Positions 11,801 through 23,461 of a stretch of 64,000 nt of DNA are shown here, one piece after another. Origin of the DNA: Spizellomyces punctatus DAOM BR117 (lineage: Eukaryota). The translations under genes and the position numbers were made by a program. Location: NCBI GenBank assembly GCA_000182565.2, contig KQ257453.1; one strand, 5' to 3'. Every line of letters starts with the position of its first letter. Within the stretch, counting starts at the first letter, position 1. The notes beneath the pieces are model-generated. The model was not told where the DNA came from. It did not search any database and saw only the letters and a list, made by a program, of their open reading frames with translations.

Positions 11801-13173
11801 GCAAGAAGTTTCGTCAAAGTAGGCACGCGCACCTCCCGCGCTGCCAACGGCACAGATACTTTTCGGCCCTGCGTTGCTTGCACAATAGGTGCTGCTTTAT
11901 CTGCCGCTTTTGACGTAGTTTGTACATTTTGTTCGTCACTGTTGCTGGTATGTGTGTTGGACTGGTCGACGTTTTGCGTGGCAACCGCATTGCTCTTTTC
12001 CGCCGATTCTTGGCCAAGTTGTAAAGGTATGTCCATGGAGTGATTTTCCACAGCTGTGGCTGGTATCCCAATCTCCATATCATCCACCACCTCCATTTCA
12101 ACATCTTCATCATCCGATTCACCGACTCGCTGCACCAGCGGTTCGGCTGCAGATGGGACAGGTAAAATGCGGCTCCGGTCTTCTTCCTGCTTCTCCTTCA
12201 GTCTTTTGCTTGCGCGGATTGGTGCGACTTCCACAACAACGGTCTTTCCACGGGGAGGTTGCTTTCTAGATGGTTTCTCAGCCAAAGTACGTTGTCCCCC
12301 ATCCATTCCGCCGTCATTCACCGTTACTGATTCACTCTCAACTTGCGTCGCTTCTGTTCGTTGCTTTTCTTCACGTCCTACTTGTCTTCTTGGCCGAATT
12401 TGGTGCTTCTCACCGGATTGTCCCATGCTTGATGTTGTGATGACCTCGCCACCTCCGCTACTCGATTCGCTGAGGTTCCCTTTTTGAGCAAACTGCTGCT
12501 CCAACTCTTCCCGCTTAGTCCGCTTTGCTGGTTTTTCATCCGTCCCAACCGTAAATGCGCCCAGTGGTGCGCGATCTATGCTTGCACGTGCCTTTGGATT
12601 GCTGACAAGGTCCACGACAGCGGAAGAGCTGGACTTTCGCTTGACTCCAGATGATCGTCCTGCGAGCGGCAAGGTCCGCAGTGGTGATCCAAAAAGTGAG
12701 TCATCTGGGGGACCAGATCCTTTGAAAAGTATTTTTCGGGTCTAGTAAATGTAGCAGAGTCAGATAACCGAATCTAATAGCTGAATCTCACATTGCCCAT
12801 CGCAATGGTATCTCACCGTAGAGGGGGATCCGCCAGCCAAACTGTCTCTTGTCTTGCAGCGAATTCGAGCAGGAGTCTTGCCAGGGTTTCTACAGATAAG
12901 ACGCAAGTAAGTCTTAATTCGTACACGCGTGGGATACAGACTGCGAGGGAAAGTTTGAACCAACCTCTGAGCAGTCCCATCGATGATATCCCGCCAAGAT
13001 GCAAACAAAAAGTCGAGAGCATTTTCAATGTCCTCCTCCGTCCGGTCCAAGCCTTCATTATAAGCTGCGACAAAACGTTCACGGCCTTCGGCAAGCAGAG
13101 GCAGTGAGGCGGCCTTTGACAGTAGCTCGGCGGCAGTCTTATCTGCCTTGCGACTCCTCAACGATCTGGACAT
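8810..13173 (-). CDS. Inner centromere protein (INCENP/Sli15/Pic1-like), multi-exon
   Basis: Long low-complexity region, an E/R/K coiled coil near 9800-10300, and a C-terminal IN-box (PDWVQTPEL..DPDMVFG..FRARQSSAWTGADRLT..YKQEMGY). Confidence 0.85.
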
Positions 13174-13674
13174 GCCTTGGGTAGCCGGGGGGAGACGTTA
13201 CGATATTCTTCAAAGAAGCTAGTCCCAAGTGACTATTTCCTCAAGGAAGAGGGCAAAAGAACAGGGCAATGCTTCAACTCGCGCGACATGAAAGCGCCCC
13301 GTTCTGCTTGCGTCCTCGCTGGTATAATGGATAGTACTATGCGCTACAGGCAGCCCTGCGTTTCCCTAACGGGATGCTGAATCCGCCTTTGCAATCGTAC
13401 TCAACGTCTGATCTAGCCTTTTTGCGCAGAATTGGAGTGTCAAAATCCAACGCGCTGCCTGCCAGGATCCGATAGGACTGGACAGCTCAATTTGGATTAA
13501 TGGAATTGAAGGCCACCTTTGGCCAAAGCCCGACTTCTGGAGGCATTTCTCCCACCAATCTCGCTCTTACGCCTCCTTCTTCCTGATAATTTTATAATAG
13601 CCCAACTGACTACTACCTGCGAGTTCTCTGGAAATACTACAAGATAAAATCAGTCCAACTGCTCGACCGACCCG

Positions 13675-15751
13675 ATGCGTGTGAAAACACTTCAAATATT
13701 GTGGCACGATAAGGAACCAATTTTCTCAGTGGACTTTGAGCCGGGGACCAGTGGGAGATTAGCGACTGCCGGGGGGGATCACAACGTTAGGGTAAGAGCA
13801 ATTGTCCGAGTGTCGAGTGCGGGGCCATAGTGGGCAAGCCTGATTCATCCAAGGTCAGATATGGAAGCTAGTAAAAGAAGACGACCAACCGCCTTCAATA
13901 GAGTTTTTATCCAGTCTTACTCGACACACGGGAGCTGTCAATTGCGTGAGATGGTCCCCAAAAGGTAGGCAGGCATCCTTTTATTCTTGACGGGATTTGG
14001 ACTAACCTAGTATCTGGTGACATTGATTAGGCGGTGTTCTTGCGTCTGGAGGAGACGGTTAGTGGAGGTTCTGTCAATATCAACATTATGACTAACATTT
14101 GACGCGGGCTTTAGATGGAACCATATTGTTATGGCAGCAAACGGAACGCAAAGATGGCGGTGAATTTGGGGAGCAGGACTCTGAGACGAAGGAAACATGG
14201 CGCATTGGCAGCATTTTGCGGTATGGCCCTTCTCAATTTTAGACTCATATCCTTTGTTGATGAATACCTTATTTATTAGAGGGGCAAGTTCCGACCTGTA
14301 TGATTTAGCCTGGTCGCCCGATGCAACATATATCATTTCCGCCTGTACTGACAACACAACGCGAATCTTTGATGTGAAAGAACGTAAGACGGGTCACCTT
14401 ATTCTTTACGAATGGCTTGTGCGCGATACTCAGATCATTTGAATGTCACCTTACAAGAGAGATGTATTCAAGTTCTTACGGATCATGGACACTTTGTCCA
14501 AGGGGTGGCTTGGGATCCGTTAGGAAAGTATGTGGTAACGCAAAGCAGTGATCGGTGAGTAGGTAGCCTTATACAAACATCCGTATACGTCTGCTTTAAC
14601 CCAAGATGTCAGCTCAGTCAACGTTTACACCTATGAGCACAAGAAGGGGCAACTGACCACTCGTGTGGCTGCACGGCTTACAAAATACAACCCAAGTAAA
14701 CTAGCATCTCGGTCACCAGCGAAAACTGGCGAACTAGATGCAAACCAAGACACGATGCGAGGAAACTCAACTGACTCTGGCAATTCCACCGCAACACCAG
14801 CACAGGCAAAACCATTCCGTATATATCACGACGAAACTCTTACCTCCTTTTTTCGACGACCCACATTTACCCCGGATGGAGCCTTGCTAATTACTCCTTC
14901 TGGGGTATTCCGGGAGCCAGGGGACGGGAAACCTGACTCTTCGGACGCGAAGAATACTGTATATATTTTTACTCGTGGCAGAATAACAGGGTGAGTTGCC
15001 ATCCGGTCTGAATTCATAAGAAACTTTTCAAAGTTATTAATTTGACCCCCGCGATAGACAACCAGTGGCTCATTCGCCAGGGCAAAAGAAGCCCTCCGTC
15101 GCAGTGAGATGCAGTCCTGTTCCCTATCAGTTGCGGACCATTCCGACAAGATTGCCTCCCTCGCCTCCAAGGGACACCTGTTTGAGCAATGACGAATCCC
15201 TGACACCATCGCTGTTTCGACTTGGGCACCGATATGTATATGCTGTTGCGTGCCAAGACGCTCTCCTCATCTATGATACGCAACAGGTCGAACCGATAGC
15301 TTACCTTGGAGGGCTACACTATGCGACATTGACAGACATTGCATGGTATGGATCATAGGCTGGTGTATAGATCTTCAATGTGTGTGCTGACATGGCGTCC
15401 GTGACAAATAGGTCGCCAGATGGCTGTACATTGCTCATGACATCCACAGATGGGTTTTGTTCCGTAGTGTCCTTTGAAAAGGGTGAGCTCGGCGTAGAAG
15501 CGATTGTAAATACGGACTGTCTACAGCAAGTGGAGACGCCGCCCAAAATCAAGTCACCAGCGAGTCGAAGCCACGTGACTGGTTATGCGGAGTTTGAAAC
15601 CCAAGGTTCTGGCGGGAATACAAGACGAGACGAACAAGCATTGGATATGCCAAACGAAACAAAACAATCCAATAGTGCTGGACAAGAACAACAAGGGCCA
15701 ATATCCAAAAAACGCAGGATCGTACCTACGTTGATCCAAAAAAACGTGTAG
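13675..15751 (+). CDS. CAC2: Chromatin assembly factor 1 subunit B (p60), WD40
   Basis: [64 protein letters not shown] and the C-terminal KKRRIVP B-domain. Confidence 0.93.
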
Positions 15752-16451
15752 TGGATACAAGTAATTCTGACATCTATGTGCCACAGAAATGTATTTTAAG
15801 GATGGAAATAAGCGTAATAAAACCCTCGGCTCTCTTGTAGCCGTTGGGTTCGCCTCCCAGAAACCCGTTCGAATCTCTCGTCTCCATAGCAACAAGCGCG
15901 CCCATTCGGCAAATCCACCAAAATGGCTAAGTCAAGGGATACAACCGTTACCCTCGTGCAAGACGGCCCTCTCGACTCCCTTTTTCTCAACTTGACTTGT
16001 TTCCCCTTCTTCCCCCATTGGGAATTCCCAGCTTGCAGGTTCATCTTTTGTGTGCCGCGTATTCATCGTTGGCTTTATACATCTTCCATATTTTTAAAGC
16101 AACTTGCGCGCGTGCAACAGAGCCGGCGTGGCTTTGGGCGGCCGCAATCGTCTGCGCGTAGTTATTCGAGTCTGTTGGGGAAAGGCGGATCATTTTCTCG
16201 CTGGATTGAGGCATCCTCTCTGATCGTCCCCTAATCATCAGCTCCATCCTTTAACCCCCGAGAAATCAGCCAAGACGTCGTCACAACGGAGATACCCGCA
16301 GGCTCAGCGCCAGCCGCTACCGTCCCCAGGTCTAATCCCGGTCGCAAATCAGTCCATCGCAGGCCAACTTCCTGGAACAGCAGTTGTGTTGGCTGGAGGA
16401 CCCGTCCACTCACCACATCTCGGACCAACACCTTCCAGCCAAGTACAGCAA

Positions 16452-19400
16452 ATGCAGATTCCTCCTCAACCACAACCACAAGGGAAGATGCCTTCCTCAA
16501 ATATCTATAACCACAGACCGATGATTCCACAAGCCGCTCAACCTCCTCAACAGCCAGGAGCACCGCCACAGGCGCTGGGACCGCAGCAAGGCGGTCCTCC
16601 CCAAGGCCCAGGCGGTCCGGGAGGACTTCCCCTGCAGGGCCCAACGTCCAGATTGAACGATCTGTTTGAAGCGATCAAAGCCGAATTCGAAACTGTTGGA
16701 CAAGATATCAGTGTTTACAAATTACAAAGAGATGAATTGGAGCATAAACGTAGGACTCTTTGCCCATTCCAGCCGTATTTCAAGCTCACTTGGGGTGATT
16801 ATTGAGATGCTAATAATTGTCCCCATCTCTTGCAAATAGTTACGGCACAAATCACAGAACTCTCAGCATTTCAGCAGTCGTTATATGAATTGGAACGGGC
16901 ACATCAGAAGATGAAGCAAACTTATGAAGAGGAAATACATCGTTTGCGTCGCGATCTGGAAGGACGAGGGCTGCCACCTGCATCGTCAGCTATGGTGCAA
17001 GATGTACGGCAGTCTCGAGGGCCACCTGCACCTGGCTTTCCAGAAGGCGTTCCCCCGCCGGTTTTAGGGAGCAATATGGGTGCATCGAGCGGCGGTGGTG
17101 TTTTTGGTGCTTTGATGTCGGGTTTATTAGTTTAAGCCGATAATCTATAGTTATTCATCACAGAGCATGATAAGATTTGTGATATTATTCATCCTAATGA
17201 ATAATTTTTTTTGTTCGTGAAAAGGACCAGGAGGGGACCCTAGAAGTTTGCAACAGCCATATCTCAATGGGGCACCTGGATCTGATGGCCAACCAAGTAA
17301 ACGTATGAGAACTGAGGATGGGCCCATGCCCATGAATCGGGACATGTCGGGTCCTCCACCAAATCCGTATACTGGGCGCGAACAAGTTGCAGGATATATG
17401 CCCGGTCCTGGACCTGAGCGAGAGCGGGACAGAGAGCGAGAAAAGAAAGCTAAGAAGGGCTCCATACAAGACGAGCCATATCGCCAGGTCCGGTCCAAAA
17501 TTGGCTTTTTACAGTCAGTAAATTGAACCATGGTCGCTCACCATTACCTTTTCTCATCATAGGGGGCACCCAAAGATCAACAACATCCTTCTGCTGGATA
17601 TGGTGGACAGCCTCCTTATCAGCACATGAGCGGTCAACCAGTCATACCACCGCAGCAAATGCCACCACAACAGCATATGGTATTTGTTGTCTTGGATTTT
17701 CTTGTTAGATCTCCTTGTTATTCTAATAGTCAACCTGCCGCAAAACAGCATTCTTCGGCAAGAGGCAGCACTCCCACACCACAGGTTTCAAGACAAGGAA
17801 ATGGTCAAGGGGTATGCTTCTGACCTTAGCTATTCATTTCCGCGGACAACTAATGCCGCATTCACCTCTGACCCCAGCCGTCACAGCAAGGCATGGCTTT
17901 GCAGTCAATGATGCAGCAAGCGTACCCACAACATCATGTGACTGGCATATGCGACCTTGATCCCGACAGTGTACCTCCTGGATGGAAAAAAGAGGGTGGC
18001 GATTGGCTCGTTGTATACAACCCCAGAAGTCCAAGTCTTTTGAAGGCGAGGCTTAATGTTGAACTGGTTCATAGCTTGGAGCATAGCAGGTATATATGAG
18101 TACTGTGGCGCACTATATGATGGGAACCTAACTATTACCGTTATCAGCGTCGTCTGTTGCGTAAAATTTTCACCTGACGGGAAATATTTGGCAACCGGTT
18201 GTAACCGCGTGGCATTTGTATACGATGCAATATCGGGCGCGAGAATCAGGTGAGCTGTGCAGTAAGACCCTGGTGTATTTTGGAGCATATCGATGTTAAC
18301 TGCCAAGTCCATGAAGCACACTGAGCGACGAGCGTGCTCCCAAAGATAGCGATTTATACATCCGTTCCGTTTGCTTTTCCCCTGATGGAAAATACTTGGC
18401 TACCGGAGCTGAAGACCGAATTATTCGCATTTGGGACATACAGCGACGAAAGATAGTTTTTACTCTCGATGGCCACGAACAGGACATATACAGTCTAGAT
18501 TGGTCCAGGGATGGACGAGTTATTGTGAGCGGTAGCGGCGACAAGAGCGTAAAGGTAGGCGAGCGGTAGCGATGATTGGTATACAATAACGGAACTCAAT
18601 TTTTTTTTTGGGCAGGTGTGGGATGCCGAAACCGGAAAATGTCTTCTGACGATGATTAACGACGACGAGAAGTCACTCCCCGCACCACAACCAAATGGCT
18701 CGACGCTCAAGGACTCTGGTGTGACTAGCGTGGCGGTTAGTCCTTTGGATGGGCGTTGCGTGGCAGCAGTAAGTATTCTTGCAAGTATTTTATGGAACTG
18801 GGTACACATTAGTAGAGGATTGCTAAAATGGGCCATCATAATAGGGATCCTTGGATGAGATGATCAGACTCTGGGACCTGCGAACTGGTCAGCTTTTGGA
18901 ACGATTTGAGGGACACAAAAACTCTGTTTATTCTGTTGCCTTTTCACCTGATGGCCGTTCCATCGTATCTGGGTCCCTTGACAAAACTCTGAAAATATGG
19001 GATTTGTCGCCTGCGACTCTGGCATTCTTATCCAAATCACATGATAACCGGTCCCCCACCAATCCCTCAGCAAACGGCGGTCTGGATCCGTCGGAGAGAT
19101 TTGAGACCGTGATAACAACAGCACCGCGCCACACCTTTGTAGGACATCAAGACTATGTTCTTTCGGTTGCATTTGCTGGATTGAACTCTTCCATTGGTCG
19201 TGTTGACGAGAATGGAAATCCCGTCGCAACAGCGGGAGGAGAAAGTCTTGCAGACGTTGAGTGGGTCGTATCAGGAAGTAAAGACCGGACTGTGACTTTC
19301 TGGGATGGCCGAGCTGTAATGGGTCAGCGACCTGGTATGGTCGATACGACGACCTCAACCCAATTTATGTTACAAGGTCACAAGAACTCTGTGATATCAG

Positions 19401-19699
19401 TCGCATTGGCACCCGTCGGAGGGCTATTTGCCACCGGGTCGGGCGATTGGCGAGCTCGTATCTGGCGCGTGTCCGCTGCTTCGGATCGTGGGGGACCTCT
19501 CGTACCTGGTGGCCCTGGTGGACCCGGTGGTCCATCATTGCCACCTCTTAGTGGTGGTCCTGGAGACCGAGGTGGTCAACCCATGGTGCTACCTCCGATG
19601 CGAACATCTACCGATGTCAAGATCGGTCGGGAGCGAGAGAGAGAAAGGGATGATGAACGGAATGTGGATAAAATGGAAGGTGTTAAAATGGAGAAATGA
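16452..19699 (+). CDS. TUP1: General transcriptional corepressor Tup1, multi-exon
   Basis: YNHR, Tup_N ([27 protein letters not shown]), [56 protein letters not shown] and [12 protein letters not shown]. The start may be 16452 or 16488. Confidence 0.95.
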
Positions 19700-20027
19700 C
19701 GGGGAGGCTTTGGTAAATAGGAGGCGCTTTTCCCCTGCTTGTTTTCTTTTTTTCTTTTTGCATATAGCTCTTTTTTGGTCCGCGGAAATGTGGTGCAGGA
19801 TTTGTTTCTGTTGAAATACAAATGAAGGCTCTCTTATGCAGTGTGCGGTGTAAGCATAATGATGAAGATTGTGGTCAGGAATCCGCATAGCGGATAGCTA
19901 TGGCTACGATGCTTCGTTCCTTGATTCCAAAAAGACAAGGGCAAGTACACAGAGGTTTTAACAGGTCATGTGTGTAAAATACAAAGAAAGAAAAAGTATT
20001 GGATTATCATGTCTATCTATGCCAATC

Positions 20028-20954
20028 CTACATGGCCTTGGGTGTTTTCCTTTTCTGTGCAGGGCTCCGCGGCTTGGCGTACTGTGCGCCAGCCTGATTG
20101 AAGTGACGACCCAAAATTAGCAAACGGAAAATGGTTTCAAAGCACTTTGCCTACGTACCACGGTTCTATTATTCCAATATAACACCATTTGTAGCGCGAT
20201 AACGGCATTCAACCCGGTGGCGACCAAAGCCGAAGTGAGCAATACTGGATCGTCCACTTCCTGAATGGTAGTGAAAACTCTGGCAGCGGATCCAGCACCT
20301 TGCAAAAAGACTGTAATAGCGGATAGCTGTCCAGTCGACTTTGCTCTCAGGTTGTTCCAAATTTGGGGCAGCTTGCTTGCTACGCCGATGAGGACTGTGC
20401 TCCATTGCAGTGTGGTCAACAGGTCAGCGCTGACTAGGGTAGGATCAAAGAGAGCTATTGATGTTGCCGCAAACACAACAAGGAACGAGAAGAGGCCGAG
20501 GATGTTCTTGCCGTACGCGAGTATGAGAAGCAGAATGACGACATTTTGAACAGTAATAAAGGCCACTGTTTTGCGTAATGGACAAGACTGTAAGTGCGCA
20601 GTGGTTGTGCATAAGCTCAAAGCAAAAGGAAAACTCACTTTCTCCATAAGTTGAGAAGGGGTTACCACTCCGCGCATTGTAAGCCAATGAAATGGTATAC
20701 GCGGCTGTTTCCAATAAATAACTCGCAAAGCTGATCCCGGTGGTGCTTCCCGAAGCCACAATTTTCAAGATCTGGGGCACTTTAAGAATAGTTCCGCCCA
20801 AGATGATCCCGATTCCCAAGAGTTTTGACACAAGGAGCTTGATGCATGCGGTGTGCGAAAAGTTCAAGCTGATGAGTTCGTGTGCGCATTTTGGTCCTAT
20901 CAAAGGTGCCAAAACCGTCTTTTCGGTGTAGGCGATCGCTTGGGGGAGTGACAT
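20028..20954 (-). CDS. MPDU1: Mannose-P-dolichol utilization defect 1 (PQ-loop) protein, 3 exons
   Basis: KLLGIGIILGGTILKVPQILKI, PFSTYGE, SKLPQIW..KSTGQLS and ARVFTTIQEVDD; last exon AGAQYAKPRSPAQKRKTPKAM*. Confidence 0.92.
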
Positions 20955-21219
20955 GATGCCCGAGTGCGGTGGAGGAAACCTTTGCAGATGGTGGTGCCGC
21001 GCTGGCAAAGAATACCTTTGAAAGATACCAAATCACGTGGCTACATGCTTGTCAAGAATCTTGAAAAGCCAAATGTGCAAGCGATATACTCAATATATTT
21101 CAGCTCATGCGAAAATAACAAAGAAGACAAAACAAACAGAACCTGGATACAGGCCAAACTGTCATACACTCAAAATCAAATCAATACCAACAGCCAACAG
21201 CAACGTCATTCCGCTTAAT

Positions 21220-23309
21220 CTACTGTTTCCCGTGTTCTCCAACTCTCCAGTCGAAAATAGAGTACTCTCGCAAGAACTTGTCCAGATCCATTCCCGTGTA
21301 TCCTGCAATGTATTGAGCCCAAGCACAATACAAATACCCATCATTGTTGGAAATTGCTCGGCTCCAATGATCAAAGATTTCCTGGCAGTGCACATAGGCA
21401 TCATGGAGGATCTTCAAGTAGCGAGGTGCGAGAGCTGGAGTGTACGAGACTGGGCTGAGCATGGAGAGGATATTGTCCTTATCGCTGCAGATTTCCCTGA
21501 AAGATGTGTTATATGGCCACTCGTACGGGTTGCAGACGAATTCGTGAAGGTACTGGTAGACGTTCACAAAATATAGCGATCGAGAAGCAGACTTGATGAG
21601 GGCACGGAGGGCTTGCGTTCTAGGGTACATTAAATTATTCAATAAGTAAGCCAAAGGCAGCATAAAGGCACATACAACGTACTCAGGATTCTCCTCCTCC
21701 TCATCTGAAAATTCAGATGTCGATTGAGCCTGCGGTGGAGGGGGACGGTCAGCAAATCCTTGAACTTCCGATATGTGAACTTCTTTTGGCGCTTCATTTT
21801 CGCCCATCGTTTTTGCATTGTATCTCCCCAAAACGTCAATCACAGCATCTGAATCATGGCTCTGAACATCCGCAACTTTCGCATCATGACCGTAGACGCT
21901 TGTGATTGATCCCGCAGCCAAGTTTGGAGGTACGAGGAGGAAATTGTTGAATCGGGTGATAAGATGTGGATTGTCTTTGAGTAAGGATACAACTTGCGAG
22001 TATGTCTATTTAAGCAAGGTACATGCAGTCAGCGGCGAAATTGTGGATTGCGAAACCAAAACTTACGGTCTGAAACGCAGTGTGCTTGAAGACGTAATTG
22101 TGAAAGATATGGAGGAGATCTTCCAACACAGAGGGATCATGTGCATATGTTTTCTAAGAAGTGCGAACTTTCAATACATTATTAGGGCAAGCGATATTTG
22201 GGCAGGCACGTCACCTTCACATCGTGAAAAAACTCTTGGGCATCCGCAATATCTTCAGTAGGAGATTTCAAGGTCTGCGTATTTATACCTTCGTCCTCAG
22301 ATTTGACTGGATGGTTGTTTTGGAACGTTTCGGCTTCTTTTGCATTGACCATGTCGCTTTGCCGTGGAAATGCCTGCAACACATCCGAGTTATCCTTTTC
22401 GGTTACAGGCATTAATCTCCTTACCTTTGCTGTGGGACCATAGTCAAGAAACCCGTTAGACCTCTTACCCCTCCTCTCAACTTTTGCCAAACTTTTCTCC
22501 CATATGAACCTTCTTTGTTCTGCGTCACCAAAGGAAAATGGAAACGAGATATCACCCTCCAAGTTAGTGTCAATTTTACGTACACCTTCAAACCGGATGC
22601 GATCAAGCACATAGTACAACAGCGTTGTGTCCAAGCGATGAGGCTTCCCACGAAACAAGGCATCTGGCCTCGTTAGCATGAGAATTTTACGGTGTGCATG
22701 GTAGATGAATATTTCTGGCCATGTTGCTGCGAGCTGGCGAAACAATATATGAGCACCTCTCCGGTGGCAGGGAAACCGGCCAGTTTGGAAATCTGCGCAG
22801 GTGATATGGCCTTTCACAGTGCAAAGGATTCCAGCAGCGATACCATCGACGTGGACTTGAGACTTAATGCGAAAAGCGCTGTGTAGGGTGGGGACTTGCA
22901 TGCTGGCTATCGACATGCGATGAGGCGCAACAAAAATGAAAAGACGAAGGAAAAGAATTGGATTCTGCAATAACACTTCTGAAATGCTCGGGTTGAGTAA
23001 AGGCAGATAAATTTGTGGACTGGAATAGGGGACAAGACGACAGCAAAGATGGTAAGAGTAGCAGCAAGCCTTACTCCCGAGATTTGAAATGAACTGTTCG
23101 AAAGCTTCCAATTGTAGATTCCTTAAAAAAGCTTCCTTGTACCAAGAAATTAGCGATCAACCACATCCCTAAAATGGCGAATGCAAAGCTTCCCTGGACC
23201 CAAACCTACGCATATTCAGGCGCCGAGGCTGGGTATAGTTCAAAACAAGCTTGTCGACCAAAAGGTATAGCGGAATGATTACGTGATGCAGTTCTCGGGT
23301 GTGACTCAT
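21220..23309 (-). CDS. Hypothetical protein, multi-exon
   Basis: Long minus-strand ORFs (22182-23111 and 21220-21921) separated by intron-like GT-AG segments. No family recognised; the start is a guess. Confidence 0.6.
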
Positions 23310-23461
23310 GGTTGACAGTTGGCGTGGTCTGCTGCGCTTTGGGCCGCGGTTGGAGGAGCAGCATTACCGCTCGTTCACAGCAGAATTAAAAGTCGTCTAG
23401 CAATTACGGTCAACAGGGCTGGAAGCTTTTCTGCCTGAATATTGTTTCGGATTGTTTAGGC

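Noticed and set aside
11013..12487. Long plus-strand ORFs antisense to INCENP (and similar shadow ORFs over TUP1, NOT2, the cyclase and the subtilase)
   Set aside because: They are antisense shadows of real coding exons and show no protein-like motifs.
14249..14258. ATATCCTTT as a U12 intron donor in CAC2
   Set aside because: It lies inside an ordinary GT-AG intron that already restores the frame, and there is no matching U12 branch site or acceptor.
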